Assembly (NCBI RefSeq): GCF_024521635.1
Contig: NW_026250432.1
Location: forward strand, 310,001 to 374,000
DNA: 64,000 nt
DNA from: Tricharina praecox
Taxonomy: Eukaryota
Direction of reading: 5' to 3'
In this document: one piece after another, positions 60,654 to 64,000 of the stretch
How the letters are laid out: every line of letters begins with the position of its first letter
Position numbering within the stretch: the first letter of the stretch is position 1
Program-made: the position numbers and the translations under genes
Notes under the pieces: generated by a model
What the model saw: the letters and a program-made list of their open reading frames with translations, nothing else
Databases searched by the model: none
Told to the model about the DNA's origin: nothing

Positions 60654-62648
60654 TCACGCATTGTAGCCATTCCTTTTCTCCTCCTCGAACTTTTGTGTCT
60701 GTCTTCGCTCCCAGAACTTGCGATAACTTAGCGTCACAACCAGCAAGATTACCGTTAAGAACGTAAAAATCCACATCTCCTCGTCAAGTTCAGGAACGAG
60801 GTACCCATTTTTGGATTTCGTCAATCGTATGTATCCCATCGAAAGCAACGTCTGTAATAATTCCCTATGAGCTTTCCATCGTACTCGGATTACGAGGAAG
60901 AAGGAAATTACTAACCGCGACAAAAGTTGCCGGCAGGTACACGAGCGTCAAAAGCGTGATTGTCTTTAGCGCGCCGCCATCCTGGTGCGCTTTCTGCGAG
61001 AGTTCCAGCATGATCTGACTATCGTAGCGCGCACTCTCGAGTGCTCTAAAGTCGAGGATCGTGCGGAACTATTCCATCCGCTATGGTCAGCATTCTCGCA
61101 GGGCCCACAGCTTGGGGGGGGGGGGGGGGGGGGGATGTATGTACGCACCAACGTAGACACCCCCTCAATCCGCCGCAGCAGGTGCTCCACGCGCTGAGCC
61201 TGCACTGCCGTTTCCCCCAGAAACCTGACGAAGTAATCCGCGAGCGCTGCCTTCGGGTCTGCCGAGCAGGCGGTGAGCGAGGGGCCGGGCACCGCCAGCC
61301 CCGGGAGCCGGTCCCGCAGCCCGCCAAACACCCCCACGTTCAGACGCAGCACATGGTCTAGCAACAGCACTGTGTCCTTGAGTACCTGCAGCCCCTGGAT
61401 GTCTGCAAACGAGACGTGCTCGTCGGGCTCCTCCGCCCCAGGGTCTTTTGAGAGGCTCGTCAGGGCAATGTCTGATCCCCTCATTCCCGCCTCCCGCAGA
61501 CCAGTCAGTGTGCGCGGCGTGTGGTTGCTCAGCTGTGCGAAGTGGTGGCTGGGGACGCTGAGGGACTTGCTTTGCTGTGCCGGTAGTCAGAGGGAAGGCC
61601 GCCGGTAGGAAGGGGAGGGGGGGGCGCACCGTCGTTTCAAACTTCGCTTCAAGGTGGTTGACATACTCCCGCCAGCGGTAGGTCATGGCGTATGTCACAG
61701 CGACATGCAGGTCCATCCAGCGCATGCCTACCGGTGTGCTCTCGTAGGCCTGTAACCAGTGCTGCTGGAACGTGAGGGACGCGTTCACGAGCACGAAGGT
61801 GTGTCCGTGGTTCGGCGCGTCGTAGCCGTGGTACACGCCCATCTGCCGCACAGAATAGATGTCCACCGCCTGCTTTGTGTGTTCGCTGTCGTTCAGCTCG
61901 ACGTGCTTGCTTAGGTAGCACAGACCTGTGAATAGAGTACAGACACCGGTGAGCATATATCCCCTAGGTGTACGGGCATCACGTGGGAGTACGGCGGTGG
62001 CTTACGGAATGAGCCCGACGCTTCCCCTTGGAAGATTGGACGGCTGGCAAAGGTTTCGTCCACAGACGATGTCTTGGTGCCGAAAGCCTGGAGCAAGTCC
62101 ATAAACTCGCTGAAGACACCGAGGCCACTCAACAGAGTCCGACACCCGTCCTCGGTTATCTGGAGCTTGCCCCACGAGTAGCCTTGAACGATGAGACTGT
62201 TTTTCAAATCATCAGTTATGGGGGATCACCAGAGCTACTGTCTAAAAGAAAGAAAAACATACATTATACGAGTTCCTGTGAATGTTGGAAACTTCTAAAA
62301 ACCGCCAGAGCATAAACCGTAAGTCCTCGGGCCACATCTAGTCGTGCTGACAAATTTGCACGGAGCACGATAAGAACTAACCGTGAGGTATTCCTGGATC
62401 TTCAGTTCAGACGTCAGAGTTTCCGCTGCAAGATGTAAGCTGAGCACATGGAAGAAGAGAAGTACTGCATATGTATATAGTAGGGAATAGTGCCGCTCAC
62501 AGTATCCTTTGTCGCAATGTCTAACCCGCACAGCGTTGGTTTTGGAGAACAGACGGGCAGCGTGCGAGCTGAAACGGGAGTCGTACTCGCCGGAATTGAG
62601 GCGGTAGGGGTTGTCGATGTGAGAACTGGCCGGAAATGATGCTACCAT
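60654..62648 (-). CDS. CorA-like membrane protein (~495 aa); exons 62648-62501, 62425-62382, 62294-62263, 62196-62006, 61925-61630, 61574-61149, 61068-60916, 60851-60654
   Basis: Splicing gives one open frame with SWGKLQIT, YSVRQMGVYH, WREYVNHLE, a long helix, then LKTITLLTLVYLPATFVATLLSMG and a second TM helix (MWIFTFLTVILLVVTL), matching the CorA/Mrs2/Alr1 two-TM C-terminus. Confidence 0.8.
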
Positions 62649-62903
62649 GATTCCTAGTACATAGGCAAGCTGAGGAACTAGAGCAAGTAAGGTAATATGT
62701 ACCTATGTAGTTCACGGGGTGGGGAATGGGGGAAGCCAGAGAGGAATAAATTCACGGCAAAGCGAAGCTGTAGAAGATATAGCATAGGTAACCGGCGCCT
62801 TGTTCATTTTGTTCCGCTTGTCATTCTGCCACTGTCACTGTCACTGCGCTTCACTCCGCCTCTTTCCTACACCCCCGCAGTATCAACCACCCACCGCTTG
62901 TGT

Positions 62904-63306
62904 TCACATGAGCACAGCAACCGTAGGGAAACTCATGTCCTGGATGTACCTGATTTCCTCCTGCATTCCACAGCCCCATACGTTAGCGAACCACTCTACT
63001 TAGCGGTATCATGGGTGCTGTTGCGGGCGCCCCGCCGACAGTTACTTACGTCGGTCAGCAGCTGGGGAATATCGAGTTCGAAAATTCCGTTTACGGCCTA
63101 AGACGGTACGGTCAGCCGAACCAGGCACATTTCAGGATCCCCCGTAGTATCCACCCCCAGACGGAGCCCATCATCAACCGCTTAACTCGTGATCACTGGT
63201 CACTCACCCTGGGCCGTGTGTAACAGTTTACCCCAAATAGCTCGTTCAGGCGTTTCTCCAACACGCTGAGCTTGAGATATTTCGCTGTTATAATCTGCCT
63301 CGGCAT
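62904..63306 (-). CDS. Three-exon 67-aa microprotein; exons 63306-63208, 63097-63050, 62960-62904
   Basis: Donors GTGAGT and GTAAGT, branch points GCTGAC and GCTAAC, acceptors TAG and CAG give MPRQIITAKYLKLSVLEKRLNELFGVNCYTRPR-AVNGIFELDIPQLLTD-EEIRYIQDMSFPTVAVLM*. Confidence 0.75.
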
Positions 63307-64000
63307 TGTTTTCCGTGTTGATAGGGGGTATGTACGTTCGGTTCGGAGGTGGGTTGTGGTTAACCGGTAATTTGAGATCACAGGTGGAGAAAGAGTAAAA
63401 GAAACACCTTTCTCCTCAGGCTATATACTATCTACCATATCAGTGAAGCACAACTTTTTTTAAGGCAGCATCACCATCCCCACCACCATGCGCAGGCAGT
63501 TCCGCCAATCAGCGGAGCGAGATCACAGCCGGGGCCCAGACAAACGGACAGACGGACGCAATCTCCATGGTCCCCTACGGTGCCAGGATTCACATTTCGC
63601 GTGCGCACGCACTACTCTGCATTCTGCACTCTGGAAGGTGCGCACCCCGACACCGCTCCAGCGCAGCAGGGTGGCATCCCCCGTATCTACATACAATATA
63701 TTTTTATATAGGTAGTCCGATAATCGGAGAAAAAAAGGGAATATCATATGTACAAACAGACCTACGTACGAAAGGACTGGCTGCGGCCTGGATACCCCGG
63801 CACTGAGGCTGATTGATTGGTTGGTTGGGAAATCACCTTCGGTGCCTACCTTATAGTGGTATCTACATGCTAACTGACTATACCTACCACACCTACTCTT
63901 TGGCCAGGCCAGGCAGCCGCTCAAAGTTCACAACATCGTCCTCCCCACGCAACGTGCGCGAGCCCAGCTTCCCCTGCCCGATCAAGATGGCCAGTGATGG

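Noticed and set aside
61094..61114. Long G homopolymer (also C runs near 6284 and 19117)
   Set aside because: Intronic or intergenic simple tracts with uncertain length and no sign of function.

Overview
Eukaryotic DNA from a filamentous ascomycete, inferred from spliceosomal introns with GTRNGT donors, CTRAC branch points and YAG/AAG acceptors, plus intron-containing tRNAs. I rebuilt about 20 protein genes by hand-splicing. The ~1-50 kb part is mostly GC-rich housekeeping genes: SulP sulfate permease, CPA2, ENV7-like kinase, ERV46, a PWWP protein, a PAP2/Aur1-like protein, RCL1, DUF726/Mil1, RPP0, SNT2 and a DPH7-like WD40 protein. It also holds two tRNA-Ile(AAT) genes and a 365-bp PIF/Harbinger-type MITE with perfect TIRs and a TAA duplication. 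Interspersed are poorly characterised genes: a degenerate RNase III+dsRBD protein, a cytosolic MACPF-like protein, a stand-alone Sec31/SRA1-like miniprotein beside ERV46, and two tandem small paralogues at 51.8-53.9 kb. The best candidate for an undescribed system is the intron-rich cluster at 57-63.3 kb. It encodes a non-RD kinase (~1006 aa), a convergent CorA-like membrane protein with a degenerate GMN motif (~495 aa), and a 3-exon 67-aa microprotein. All family calls come from recognising motifs by eye; no searches were run.
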